64,000 nucleotides of DNA from Thermoanaerobaculia bacterium (GCA_036395755.1 DASWCZ010000056.1:12074-76073); one strand, 5' to 3'. Positions 27,193 through 36,187 are shown, counted from the stretch's first letter. A program made the numbers and translations. Notes: generated by a model not told the origin, from the sequence alone.

Positions 27193-29397
27193 TCACTTCT
27201 GCGGCCGGACGCGGTAGATCGCGGTCGCGCCGCCCCGGGCGGGCTCCAGGAACGGGAACGCCGCAACCCGCGGCGCCTCCGGATAAGCGCTGCGCTCGAG
27301 GTCTCCCACGATCACGTGAGTCACGTGATAACGGTCGAGGATTTGGTGCGCGGCCCGGGGGTCCGACGCCGAGTAGAACTTGCGCACCTCCTCCAATCGG
27401 GCCATCACCTCGGGGGCGTTCGACCGCCACAGCCCTTCGTGGTTCGCCCAGCCCATCACGGTGGGGATGCCAGTGTGGGAGGAGATCCGGGCGTACTCCG
27501 TGTACGGGTTCCCCGAGGCTTCCATCACGACCGACCTGCTCGGCGCGTTCTTTACGAGCCACTCGATCGCCTGGAGGTCCCCGGGGTTTCGCCGTCTGAG
27601 CGCCCGCCGCGCATCGAGGGAGAAGGCTCCGTCGCGCTGGCGCAGGCGGGAGACCGCGGCGGTCATCGGGTAGAGCAGAGCGGCGAACACCGCCAGAACG
27701 AGGACGAAAACGAGCGACCGCCGCGGCACCTTCGTGGCCCGCCACGCGCGGTCCACGAACACGACGGCGCCGATTCCCAGCAGAGGCCAGGCCTGGTGAT
27801 AGAACTTGAAGATCGTGTTCATACGGTGCAGCTGCTCGCCGTAGGAGTCCTTGAAGTAGACGACCTCGCATCCGGCGATCATCCCGAGCGCGAGAAGACA
27901 GAGAAAGGCGGCGAACAGGACGCCGCGGTCCGGCTCGCGCCGGAGGGAACGCCACGCGGCGCGGCCGGCGAGAAAAACGAGAAAAAGGATCGGGGCGAGC
28001 GCGGGGGCCTTCCTCGCGAACGCGAGACCGAGGGAAACGACCGCCGCTGCCGCGAGAAGAAAGTCGCGCCAACGCCGTCCTTCCTCGGTGTCTTCGGGAG
28101 CGGAAAGAAGAAGTCCCGTCGCCGCGACGGCGAACAGGATCCCCCAGACGCCCAGGAATTCGAGGATGCCGGACGTCGCGTGGGTCTTTCCGATTCCGTT
28201 GTAGGGCAGATGGTAGGAGGTCCGATAGGGCTGTGTCAGGAAGAGCGCGAGGAGGACCGCTCCGGCGCCGGTCAACGCACCCGACAGGGCCGTTCCGAGC
28301 CGCGGCAGCCCCTCGCCGCGCGTCGTGCGGGCCGCGCCGGCAAAGACGAGCAGCATCGCGATCGCCGGGGCGTTCCAGAGGTTCGCTCCGATTGCCGCCG
28401 CCGCGACGAGCGCAACGAGAAGGAACGGTGCCCATCGCGAGAGGAAAGACCCGGCGGCGGGTTTTGACTCTGGACCCTGATCTCTCGACTCCGGCAATCC
28501 GGCTTCGATCCATCGATCCGCAACCGCGAAAGTCGCCAGGAAGAAGGGGAAGGCGAGCAGGTGGGGGTGCAGGTCGGCGTGAAAGAACGTGAAGAACGGG
28601 AACTCGTTGATCGTGTCGCCCGAGCCGATGACGCGCGAGGCGTGGAAGTAGTCGAAATCCCTGGCGAACGGTGTCGCCCAGGCCTCGAACGCGCCGGCCA
28701 GATTTCCCGCGAAAACGCTCGCGAAGCCGGCCCCGATCGCCGCCGCAGTCCGTCCCCGGGAAAGGCGAAACCCGAGACACGCCGCCGCGGCGAAGGAGTA
28801 CCCGGCGAAGGTCGCGATCGCGAGGTTGTAGGCGACGAATGGAGTGACCCCGGCCGCTTTCGCGACCGTGGCCGCCAGCAGGTAGCCCCAGTAGTAGTAG
28901 TTGATCGTGTTCCCCGCCATCCACGGATCGGCGGGGGGCATGTCGGGCCATCGCGTGAGCGAGTTGAAGAACGCGAGATCCATGAACTTCTCGGCTCCGA
29001 GGATCTCGGGGACCGCGGCCCGGATCACGAGGAAGATCGCGGCCGGCGCCCAGAAGAAGAGCGCGCCCCGGTTTTCCTCCGGGCCCCAGAAGCGACCGGT
29101 CTCACGGCCGGCCCTGCGGCGGGAGAAGAAGGACGCGCCGGCGAGAGCCGCGACCGACAGAAGAATCGTGCCGCGCGAAAAGCCGAACGGGAGCACCAGA
29201 GACAGGGCCCACGCGAGCCAGCCGGCGAGGACGAGGCCGACCGGCCGCGAGAGGAGCGCGGCGTCGCGCCGGTTGGCGAAGAAGAGGCGAAGCGCCGGCA
29301 AGACCGCGAGACCGAGGATCTCGACGGCCAGGGCCCAGGCCAAGATGTTCCGCACTGAGAAGAGTTTATAGTCCAAGTCCGCGGTCGCAGGGGGCAC
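27193..29397 (-). CDS. DUF2298 ('YYY', TIGR03662-like) polytopic membrane protein
   Basis: 734 aa with DTINEFPFFTFFHADLHPHLLAFPFFLATF and a YYYWGY motif. It is paralogous to the central module of the 1643-aa protein. GTG start at 29397, with an alternative GTG at 29355. Confidence 0.82.
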   Translation of the reverse strand: MPPATADLDYKLFSVRNILAWALAVEILGLAVLPALRLFFANRRDAALLSRPVGLVLAGWLAWALSLVLPFGFSRGTILLSVAALAGASFFSRRRAGRETGRFWGPEENRGALFFWAPAAIFLVIRAAVPEILGAEKFMDLAFFNSLTRWPDMPPADPWMAGNTINYYYWGYLLAATVAKAAGVTPFVAYNLAIATFAGYSFAAAACLGFRLSRGRTAAAIGAGFASVFAGNLAGAFEAWATPFARDFDYFHASRVIGSGDTINEFPFFTFFHADLHPHLLAFPFFLATFAVADRWIEAGLPESRDQGPESKPAAGSFLSRWAPFLLVALVAAAAIGANLWNAPAIAMLLVFAGAARTTRGEGLPRLGTALSGALTGAGAVLLALFLTQPYRTSYHLPYNGIGKTHATSGILEFLGVWGILFAVAATGLLLSAPEDTEEGRRWRDFLLAAAAVVSLGLAFARKAPALAPILFLVFLAGRAAWRSLRREPDRGVLFAAFLCLLALGMIAGCEVVYFKDSYGEQLHRMNTIFKFYHQAWPLLGIGAVVFVDRAWRATKVPRRSLVFVLVLAVFAALLYPMTAAVSRLRQRDGAFSLDARRALRRRNPGDLQAIEWLVKNAPSRSVVMEASGNPYTEYARISSHTGIPTVMGWANHEGLWRSNAPEVMARLEEVRKFYSASDPRAAHQILDRYHVTHVIVGDLERSAYPEAPRVAAFPFLEPARGGATAIYRVRPQK

Positions 29398-29420
29398 CGC
29401 CTTTACAGCGGGACGGAAGC

Positions 29421-30119
29421 GTGGGCCTCACCGAATATCGCAAGAAGAGACGCTTCGACGTCACCGCGGAGCCCGCGGGTGGGAAGACGCCGCGCCGCGC
29501 GAAAGCGAAGAAGCTCTCGTACGTCATCCAGAAGCATCGCGCGACGGCGCTCCACTACGACTTCCGACTCGAGTGGAAAGGCGTGCTCCTGTCGTGGGCC
29601 GTGCCGAAAGGGCCGTCGCTCGATCCCTCGGTCAAACGGATGGCGATGCCGACCGAGGACCATCCGATCGAGTACGCGAAGTTCGAGGGGATCATCCCGG
29701 AGGGCCAGTACGGTGGCGGGACGGTGATGATCTGGGACAAGGGCACATGGACTCCGGAGGTCCCCGACGTCGACGCCGCTCTCAAGAAGGGGGATTTGAA
29801 GTTCACGCTCGACGGCCACAAGCTGCACGGTTCCTGGGTTCTCGTCCGGATCCGCGCGCGCGAAGGGGGCCGTCCGCCCTGGCTCCTGATCAAGCATCGG
29901 GACGAGTTCGCGAGCAAGAGGGACATCGCGGAGGAGGAGCCCCGCTCGGTCGTGTCGAAGAGGATCCTCGCGGAGATCGCCCGCGACGAAGGCGGAGACA
30001 TCGTGAAGGCGGCGAGCGGCGATCCACCTTCGCTGATCAAGAAGCTGCTGAAGCAGCCGGAGCTCCTCGCGCCGCCGAAGCGCGGCCGGCGCAAAGCCGT
30101 CTGGAACTCGAATCGGTGA
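29421..30119 (+). CDS. stand-alone LigD 3'-phosphoesterase (PE) domain protein
   Basis: YVIQKHRATALHYDFRLEW, WAVPKGPS and EGQYGGGTVMIWDKG are LigD-PE signatures. GTG start at 29421. Confidence 0.9.
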   Translation: MGLTEYRKKRRFDVTAEPAGGKTPRRAKAKKLSYVIQKHRATALHYDFRLEWKGVLLSWAVPKGPSLDPSVKRMAMPTEDHPIEYAKFEGIIPEGQYGGGTVMIWDKGTWTPEVPDVDAALKKGDLKFTLDGHKLHGSWVLVRIRAREGGRPPWLLIKHRDEFASKRDIAEEEPRSVVSKRILAEIARDEGGDIVKAASGDPPSLIKKLLKQPELLAPPKRGRRKAVWNSNR

Positions 30120-31069
30120 CCGCCGCGTCCGCCCGGAAGGCGCGCGCCGCCTCCGACAGGATCCCGTTCCGCGTGCGGCCGATGCTGGCGACGCTCTTCC
30201 CGGAGCCGTTCCACTATCCGGGCTGGGTCTACGAAGAGAAGTACGACGGCTACCGGATCCTCGCTTACAAGGAGGGGAACCGCGTCACGCTCCTCTCCCG
30301 CAATGCAAAGGACCGGACCGAGACGTTCTCCGAGATTGCGCGGGCGATCGCGACCCTGCCGGACCGGACGGTCCTTTTAGACGGCGAAGCCGTCGCCTTC
30401 GACCACAAGCTCGTGTCGCGATTCCAGCTCCTTCAGCAGGGCGAGGTGCCGACTCTCTACGCGGTCTTCGACTGCCTCTACCGCAAGGGGCGCGACCTTC
30501 GAAACGAGCCCCTCCCGGTTCGACGCGATGCGCTCGAAGAGGCGATCGGGGACACGGACCATCTGTTTCCGTCCCGCCGCCTGGAGTCGAACGGCCTGAC
30601 GGCATACGGGACGGCGAAAAGGAAGGGATGGGAAGGCGTCGTCGGCAAAGATTCCTCGGCTCCATACCTCGAGGGGCGCAGTACGAAGTGGCTCAAGGTG
30701 AAGATCAAGCAGGAGGAGGAGTTCGTGATCGGCGGCTACACGCCACCGGCCGGATCGCGTTCGCACTTCGGATCGCTGTTGCTCGGCGCCAATCAGGGAT
30801 CCGACCTCCGATACGTCGGCAAAGTCGGGACCGGTTTCCCGCAGAAGACGCTGGCGACGCTCCACAAGAAGTTCCAGCCGCTCGTCCGGAAGACCCCGCC
30901 GTTCATCGATCCGCCGCGCGAGAAGGGGGCGGTCTGGCTCGTCCCGAAGCTCGTCGCGCAGATCCAGTTTCAGGAGTGGACCCACGACTGGAAGCTGCGC
31001 CAGCCCGTCTTCCTGGGGCTGCGCGACGACAAGAGTCCCGACGAGGTCATCTTTCCGGAGCCAAAGTGA
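30116..31069 (+). CDS. ligD: ATP-dependent DNA ligase (LigD ligase domain, stand-alone)
   Basis: Adenylation motif EEKYDGYRILAY, plus LLDGEAVAF, EGVVGKD and WLKVK. GTG at 30116 overlaps the PE gene stop as GTGA. Confidence 0.9.
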   Translation: MTAASARKARAASDRIPFRVRPMLATLFPEPFHYPGWVYEEKYDGYRILAYKEGNRVTLLSRNAKDRTETFSEIARAIATLPDRTVLLDGEAVAFDHKLVSRFQLLQQGEVPTLYAVFDCLYRKGRDLRNEPLPVRRDALEEAIGDTDHLFPSRRLESNGLTAYGTAKRKGWEGVVGKDSSAPYLEGRSTKWLKVKIKQEEEFVIGGYTPPAGSRSHFGSLLLGANQGSDLRYVGKVGTGFPQKTLATLHKKFQPLVRKTPPFIDPPREKGAVWLVPKLVAQIQFQEWTHDWKLRQPVFLGLRDDKSPDEVIFPEPK

Positions 31070-31989
31070 CCGCGTCCCGCCGCAAGCGACTTCCGGGAGA
31101 TTCGGTCGCGTCCGAACGCCTTCCGATCTCCGTCTCCAATCCGGACAAGGTCTTCTGGCCGGACGAGGGATACACGAAGCTCGATCTCGTCCGCTTCTAC
31201 GACTTCGTCTTTCCGAAGCTGAAGCCGTGGATGAAAGACCGCTTGATCTCGTTGAAGCGCTGCCCGAACGGTCTTGCCGGAAAGTGTTTCTTTCAGAAAG
31301 AGAAGCCGGAGTCCATGCCTGCCGATACTCCGACGAAGCGGATCGTCCACGAGAACGGCATCCGCAACTACGTCGTCGGCGGGAAGAAGGAGACGCAGCT
31401 CGCGCTCGCGAACCTGGGCTGCATCGCGGTCCACGTCTGGGGCGCCCGCGCGCCGGCGCCGAGGCAGCCGGACTGGCTCTGTTTCGACCTCGACCCGGAC
31501 TCCGGGAAGTTCGCCGACGCCGCTCGAGCCGGCGTCAAGGTGAAGGCGGCGCTCGACGCGCTCGACCTCGTTTCGTTCGCCAAGACCTCTGGAAAGAAGG
31601 GACTCCACGTCTTCGTGCCAATCCGCCCCGGTCCGGACGCGGACGACGTCCGCGGGTTCGCCGAAGTGCTCGGGACGAAGCTCGCTTCCGCGTATCCCAA
31701 AGATTTGACGATGGAAGGCTCCATCGCGAAGCGCAAAGGGCGTGTCTACCTCGATCCGTTCCGCAACGGCTTCGCGCAGACGGTCGTCTCGCCGTTCTGC
31801 GTCCGCCGTTTCCCGCGGGCACCGGTCTCGACGCCGCTCGAATGGTCGGAGGTCAAGCCGACTCTCGATCCGGGAGAGTTCAACATCTCCAACTTCGACG
31901 AACGGCTGAAGAAGGCCGATCCCTGGGCCGATTTCTGGAAGAACCGGCAGGATCTGAAACCGGCGATCGCCGCTCTCAAGAGGCTGTAG
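31066..31989 (+). CDS. stand-alone LigD polymerase/primase domain protein
   Basis: NPDKVFWPDEGYTKLDL, LCFDLDPD and TSGKKGLHVFVP are AEP primase-polymerase motifs. GTG at 31066 overlaps the ligase stop as GTGA. Confidence 0.9.
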   Translation: MTASRRKRLPGDSVASERLPISVSNPDKVFWPDEGYTKLDLVRFYDFVFPKLKPWMKDRLISLKRCPNGLAGKCFFQKEKPESMPADTPTKRIVHENGIRNYVVGGKKETQLALANLGCIAVHVWGARAPAPRQPDWLCFDLDPDSGKFADAARAGVKVKAALDALDLVSFAKTSGKKGLHVFVPIRPGPDADDVRGFAEVLGTKLASAYPKDLTMEGSIAKRKGRVYLDPFRNGFAQTVVSPFCVRRFPRAPVSTPLEWSEVKPTLDPGEFNISNFDERLKKADPWADFWKNRQDLKPAIAALKRL

Positions 31990-32012
31990 AGGTCCGCTAG
32001 ACTTTCCGGCGC

Positions 32013-33179
32013 GTGAGGGCTCTCGAAAAACTGGTCGCGTTCCTCGGCCGCCACTTCGGCCCGCCGCGGCTCTTCCTCGCGGTCGCGGCGTGGGTACTCG
32101 CGCTCGGCGCCTGGGGCATGGTCGCGCGGACGTATCTTCCGGTCGAGCACTGGCTGCGCTGGGAGATCCCGCTCGAGCTCCGCGCGCCGCTCTACGCGAA
32201 GTTCGACTCCGGGTGGTACCTCGCGATCATCGAGTGGGGCTACGGGAGACCTCCTCCCGATGGCAGGCCCTCGAACCACGCGTTCTTTCCGCTCTATCCG
32301 ACGACGGCGAAGGTTCTTCGCGACACGTTCGCGATCGACGGGTTCCACGCCGGTCTCGTGGTGACGTACGCGTGCCTCTTCCTGGCGATGAGCCTGTTCT
32401 ACCGGGAGGGCGTGGAGAGGCTCGGGGAAGGTGACGCCTCCGCTTCCGTGGCTTTCCTTCTTCTTTTCCCCACGTCGTTCTTCCTCGCGGCCGTGTACGC
32501 CGAGTCGATGTTCCTGCTCTTCGCGCTCCTCGCCTTCCGGGACGCGCGGCGCGGGCCTGCCGCCAGATCCACTCTCTGGGGATTCCTTCTCGGGCTGACC
32601 CGCGCGTCGGCGCTCGCCGTGGCGCCGGCGCTGTTTCTCGCGGCGCTCGAGAATCGCTCGCCCGACGGTCGCCGGCCATGGGGCAGGGCGCTCGTGGCGG
32701 GCCTCGTACCCGCCGCGACGGTCTTCCTCTGGATCTTCGGGATCGGATGGGTATACGGCGAGCCCGGTCTCTTCTTCCGCTCGATGCAGGGGTGGCACCG
32801 CGGCACGAGCTCGCTCTCGGGCATCGCGGCGTGGGCCGTTTCCATGGGGGTGCGCTTCAAGCACATGGACTGGGAACGTGACCCGAGCTTCGCGCTCGAC
32901 TACGGCGCGGCGCTCCTCTTCTCTGCCGTCGGCGTCTACCAGCTCGTGAAGAGGCGGTGGGCCGACGCGGCGTGGACCGGGGCAGCGATCACGCTTCCCA
33001 TGACGACCGGCCTCTCCGGGGGGATGCCGCGGTTCCTGATGGTCGTCTATCCGGTCTATTTCGCGCTCGCCGAAGGATCGCGAGGCCGGCCGCGAGCTCG
33101 GCTCGTGTGGTGGGTCGTTTCGGGCGGATTGCTCCTCGCCGCCGCCGCGCGATTCGTCAACTGGCACTGGGTCGCGTGA
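32013..33179 (+). CDS. GT-C-like membrane mannosyltransferase family protein (PIG-V/GT76-like)
   Basis: Polytopic 388-aa protein with FDSGWYLAIIEWGY and AFFPLYP motifs in the first loop region. Confidence 0.7.
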   Translation: MRALEKLVAFLGRHFGPPRLFLAVAAWVLALGAWGMVARTYLPVEHWLRWEIPLELRAPLYAKFDSGWYLAIIEWGYGRPPPDGRPSNHAFFPLYPTTAKVLRDTFAIDGFHAGLVVTYACLFLAMSLFYREGVERLGEGDASASVAFLLLFPTSFFLAAVYAESMFLLFALLAFRDARRGPAARSTLWGFLLGLTRASALAVAPALFLAALENRSPDGRRPWGRALVAGLVPAATVFLWIFGIGWVYGEPGLFFRSMQGWHRGTSSLSGIAAWAVSMGVRFKHMDWERDPSFALDYGAALLFSAVGVYQLVKRRWADAAWTGAAITLPMTTGLSGGMPRFLMVVYPVYFALAEGSRGRPRARLVWWVVSGGLLLAAAARFVNWHWVA

Positions 33180-33973
33180 ACCCCGCCGAGTACGCGGCGA
33201 TGTTCGCGGTCGAGGACCGCCACTGGTGGTACGTCGGCGTGCGGCGGGAGATCGAACGAGCGCTCGAGACGGTTCGGGCGCCCGGGAATCGCCGCCCGCG
33301 CATCCTCGACGCGGGCTGCGGAACCGGAGGGCTGCTGGCGAACCTCATGACCCCGGCATGGAAGGTGGGTCTCGAGATCTCGTCCGAAGGAATCCGCCTC
33401 TCGCAGTCGCGGGGTCTCGCGGCCCTCGTCTCCGGAAGCGTTTCCGCGCTTCCTTTCGCGGACGGCTCTTTCGACGCGGTCGTGTCGATCGACGTCCTCT
33501 GCCACTCGCGTGTGGAGGAGCGGCAGGCGCTCGAGGAGGCGGCGCGAGTGCTCCGGCCCGGAGGGATCCTGCTCGCGCAGGTGCCGGCCTTCGACTTCCT
33601 CCGGGGCGAGCACGACGCAGCCGTCTGGACGAAGCGGCGGTACCGGCGCGCGGAGGTCTCCGACCTGGTCTCGAAAGCCGGGCTCGCTCCGCGGCGCTCC
33701 GGATACCGCAATGCGCTCCTCTTCCCGGCGGCCGCCGTTCTCCGGCTCTTCCGGCGGCGGCAAGTCTCCCGTGAGAGCGCGCGCTCCGACGTGCGGCCCG
33801 TTCCCCGGATCGTGAACGTTCTTCTCTCGGGAGTCCTCGCGATCGAGAGACGGTTCCGCGGGAGCTTTCCCTTCGGGCTCTCGGTCTTTTGCGTGGCCGA
33901 GAAGCCCCTCGTCGCGCGGGATACCATCCGCCGTCCGGCCGATCCGGCGGCCGCGGGGGGTGCAAAGGAATGA
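33176..33973 (+). CDS. class I SAM-dependent methyltransferase
   Basis: ILDAGCGTGG, FDAVVSIDVLCH and LRPGGILLAQVP. GTG at 33176 overlaps the upstream stop as GTGA. Confidence 0.85.
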   Translation: MNPAEYAAMFAVEDRHWWYVGVRREIERALETVRAPGNRRPRILDAGCGTGGLLANLMTPAWKVGLEISSEGIRLSQSRGLAALVSGSVSALPFADGSFDAVVSIDVLCHSRVEERQALEEAARVLRPGGILLAQVPAFDFLRGEHDAAVWTKRRYRRAEVSDLVSKAGLAPRRSGYRNALLFPAAAVLRLFRRRQVSRESARSDVRPVPRIVNVLLSGVLAIERRFRGSFPFGLSVFCVAEKPLVARDTIRRPADPAAAGGAKE

Positions 33974-35082
33974 TCCCGGTCTGGGAGCCGGTCCTCGACG
34001 GGAACGAGAAGCGGTACGTTCTCGACTGTCTCGAGACGAACTGGATCTCTTCGCTCGGCTCTTACATCACCCGTTTCGAGGAGAGCGTGGCGCGGTACTG
34101 CGGCGTGCCGTACGGCGTGGCCTGCTCGAGCTGTACGACCGCCCTCCACCTCGCGCTGGTCGCCCTCGGCATCGGGCCGGGCGACGAAGTGCTGATCCCC
34201 GACTTCACCCTGATCGTCTCGGCGAATACGGTCATCCAGGCGGGCGCCCGTCCCGTCCTCGTCGACGCAGATCCGAAGACGTGGTGCATCGATCCCTCGA
34301 AGCTCGAAGAGAAGATCGGTCCGCGCACCCGGGCGGTAATGCCGGTCCACATGTACGGGCATCCATGCGATATGCCGGCGATCCGGGAGATCGCGCGCCG
34401 CCACGATCTCCTCGTGATCGAGGACTGCGCGGAGGCGCACGGGGCCGAGATCGCGGGCAGGATGGTCGGCAGCTTCGGCGACGCGGCATGCTTTTCTTTC
34501 TACGGCAACAAGATCCTGACGACCGGAGAGGGGGGGATGGTCCTCTGTTCCGACGCGGCGCTCGCCGAGAAGATGCGTCTCCTCCGCAACCAGGCCTTCG
34601 CTCAACCGCGATTCGTCCACCGGGAGATCGGTTTCAACTACCGGATCACCAACGTCCAGGCGGCGATCGGGCTCGCGCAGACCGAGAAGGTCGAACAGAA
34701 GGTCGAGAGAAAGCGCGAGATCGCGCGCTGGTATGCGGAGGCATTCGCGAGAGTGGAAGATGTCAACCTGCCGTGGGAGGCGCCGGGCGCGAAGAACGTC
34801 TACTGGATGTACGGCGTCAAGCTCGGTGACTCGTTCCGGCACGGTCGCGACGGCGTCATGGCGGCGATGAAGGAGAAAGGGGTCGAGACGCGCGCCTTTT
34901 TCTGCCCCATGCACAGCCAGCCCGTCTTCGCCGGGAACGATCCGCGATTTCCCGAAACGTCCGGCGAGTACCCCGTGTCGGACGATCTCTGGAAGCGCGG
35001 GCTCTATCTGCCGTCGGGACTCGGCCTGACGCGTTCGCAGGTCGAGGAGGTCGCCGGCAAGCTCGCGGAGTGCCGAGATTGA
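33970..35082 (+). CDS. DegT/DnrJ/EryC1/StrS-family sugar aminotransferase
   Basis: MIPVWEPVLDGNEKRYVLDCLETNWIS, VIEDCAEAHGA and the PLP-lysine region FSFYGNKILTTGEGGMV. ATG at 33970 overlaps the upstream stop as ATGA. Confidence 0.9.
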   Translation: MIPVWEPVLDGNEKRYVLDCLETNWISSLGSYITRFEESVARYCGVPYGVACSSCTTALHLALVALGIGPGDEVLIPDFTLIVSANTVIQAGARPVLVDADPKTWCIDPSKLEEKIGPRTRAVMPVHMYGHPCDMPAIREIARRHDLLVIEDCAEAHGAEIAGRMVGSFGDAACFSFYGNKILTTGEGGMVLCSDAALAEKMRLLRNQAFAQPRFVHREIGFNYRITNVQAAIGLAQTEKVEQKVERKREIARWYAEAFARVEDVNLPWEAPGAKNVYWMYGVKLGDSFRHGRDGVMAAMKEKGVETRAFFCPMHSQPVFAGNDPRFPETSGEYPVSDDLWKRGLYLPSGLGLTRSQVEEVAGKLAECRD

Positions 35083-35813
35083 GCCGTGCCCAGGGCGCGC
35101 TCCCGGGCGATCCCCGGGTCTCGATCGTGCTCGCCACCTTCAACGAGAGGGAAAACATCCTCGAGACGATTCGCGGGATCTTCGAGCACCTCGGCGGTTC
35201 CACGGAGATCATCGTCGTGGACGACGATTCCCCCGACGGCACCTGGAAGCTCGCGCAGGATCTGAACGACCCCCGCGTCAAGGTCATCCGTCGCGTGGGG
35301 ACGCGCGGCCTGGCATCCGCGTTCAACCGCGGGATCCTCGAGAGCCGGGGCGCGATCGTCGGCTGGATGGACGCGGACATGTGCATGCCTCCCGCAATGC
35401 TGCCGGGAATGGTGAAGCTGCTCGATGAGTCCGACGTCGTCGTCGGGTCGCGATACGCGCCGGGCGGCAGGGATGACCGGGCCCGGCTGCGGGTCATATC
35501 GAGCCGCCTGATCAACCGCCTGGCCACGACCGTTCTCGGGTACGGGATCCGCGACTACGACAGCGGCTTCGTGGTCCTGCGGCGATCGGTCTTCGACAAG
35601 GTCTCCTTGATCCCCACCGGCTACGGTGCCTACTTCATGGAGTTCCTGTATACGTGCCGGCGCAAAGGGCTGACCGTGCGGGAAGTGCCCTACACCTTTC
35701 GTGATCGGCAGAAGGGAATCTCGAAGTCCGCGCCGAGCCTCTGGAGGTTTTTCCGTACGGGTCTCCAGTACGTGACGCGGATTTTCGTGGCCCGCGTCCG
35801 GAGTCACGACTGA
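35070..35813 (+). CDS. GT2 polyprenyl-phosphate glycosyltransferase (Dpm1/ArnC-like)
   Basis: VSIVLATFNERENI, VVDDDSPDGT and WMDADM. The start is either GTG 35070 or TTG 35079; the latter forms a TTGA overlap with the aminotransferase stop. Confidence 0.87.
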   Translation: MPRLSRAQGALPGDPRVSIVLATFNERENILETIRGIFEHLGGSTEIIVVDDDSPDGTWKLAQDLNDPRVKVIRRVGTRGLASAFNRGILESRGAIVGWMDADMCMPPAMLPGMVKLLDESDVVVGSRYAPGGRDDRARLRVISSRLINRLATTVLGYGIRDYDSGFVVLRRSVFDKVSLIPTGYGAYFMEFLYTCRRKGLTVREVPYTFRDRQKGISKSAPSLWRFFRTGLQYVTRIFVARVRSHD

Positions 35814-36187
35814 TGCCTCACGAGATCCTGCCCCCGCTCTTCGAGCGTCGCGACGATCGCGGCGTTTTCCGCGAAGTCCTGGCCGGCTTCCCGGCCGGGA
35901 CCGTCGTGTGCGGGCGGATGAAGGCCGGCGCGGTGATGGGGAACCACTATCACCGCCGGACCCGCGTCTTCTTCTATCTCCTCGCCGGGGAAGCCGACGT
36001 GCGGACCGTGGACGTCGAGAGCGGCGCGAAAGAGGGCTTCCCGCTCGGCGAGAACCGGGGCGTCTTCTTCGAGCCCGGGCAATCGCACGCGATCCGATTC
36101 GGAGTGGACTCCGAGTTCCTCATGCTCAAGTCGCTGCCCTACGATCCGGCAGATCCCGACACGATCGAATTCCCCGTGCCGGAGTGA
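35813..36187 (+). CDS. cupin-fold protein, FdtA/WxcM-like sugar 3,4-ketoisomerase candidate
   Basis: 124 aa with DDRGVFREV, GNHYHRRT and C-terminal LPYDPADPD. The pattern resembles the small cupins found with DegT aminotransferases. There is a 1-nt TGATG overlap with the GT2 gene. Confidence 0.6.
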   Translation: MPHEILPPLFERRDDRGVFREVLAGFPAGTVVCGRMKAGAVMGNHYHRRTRVFFYLLAGEADVRTVDVESGAKEGFPLGENRGVFFEPGQSHAIRFGVDSEFLMLKSLPYDPADPDTIEFPVPE

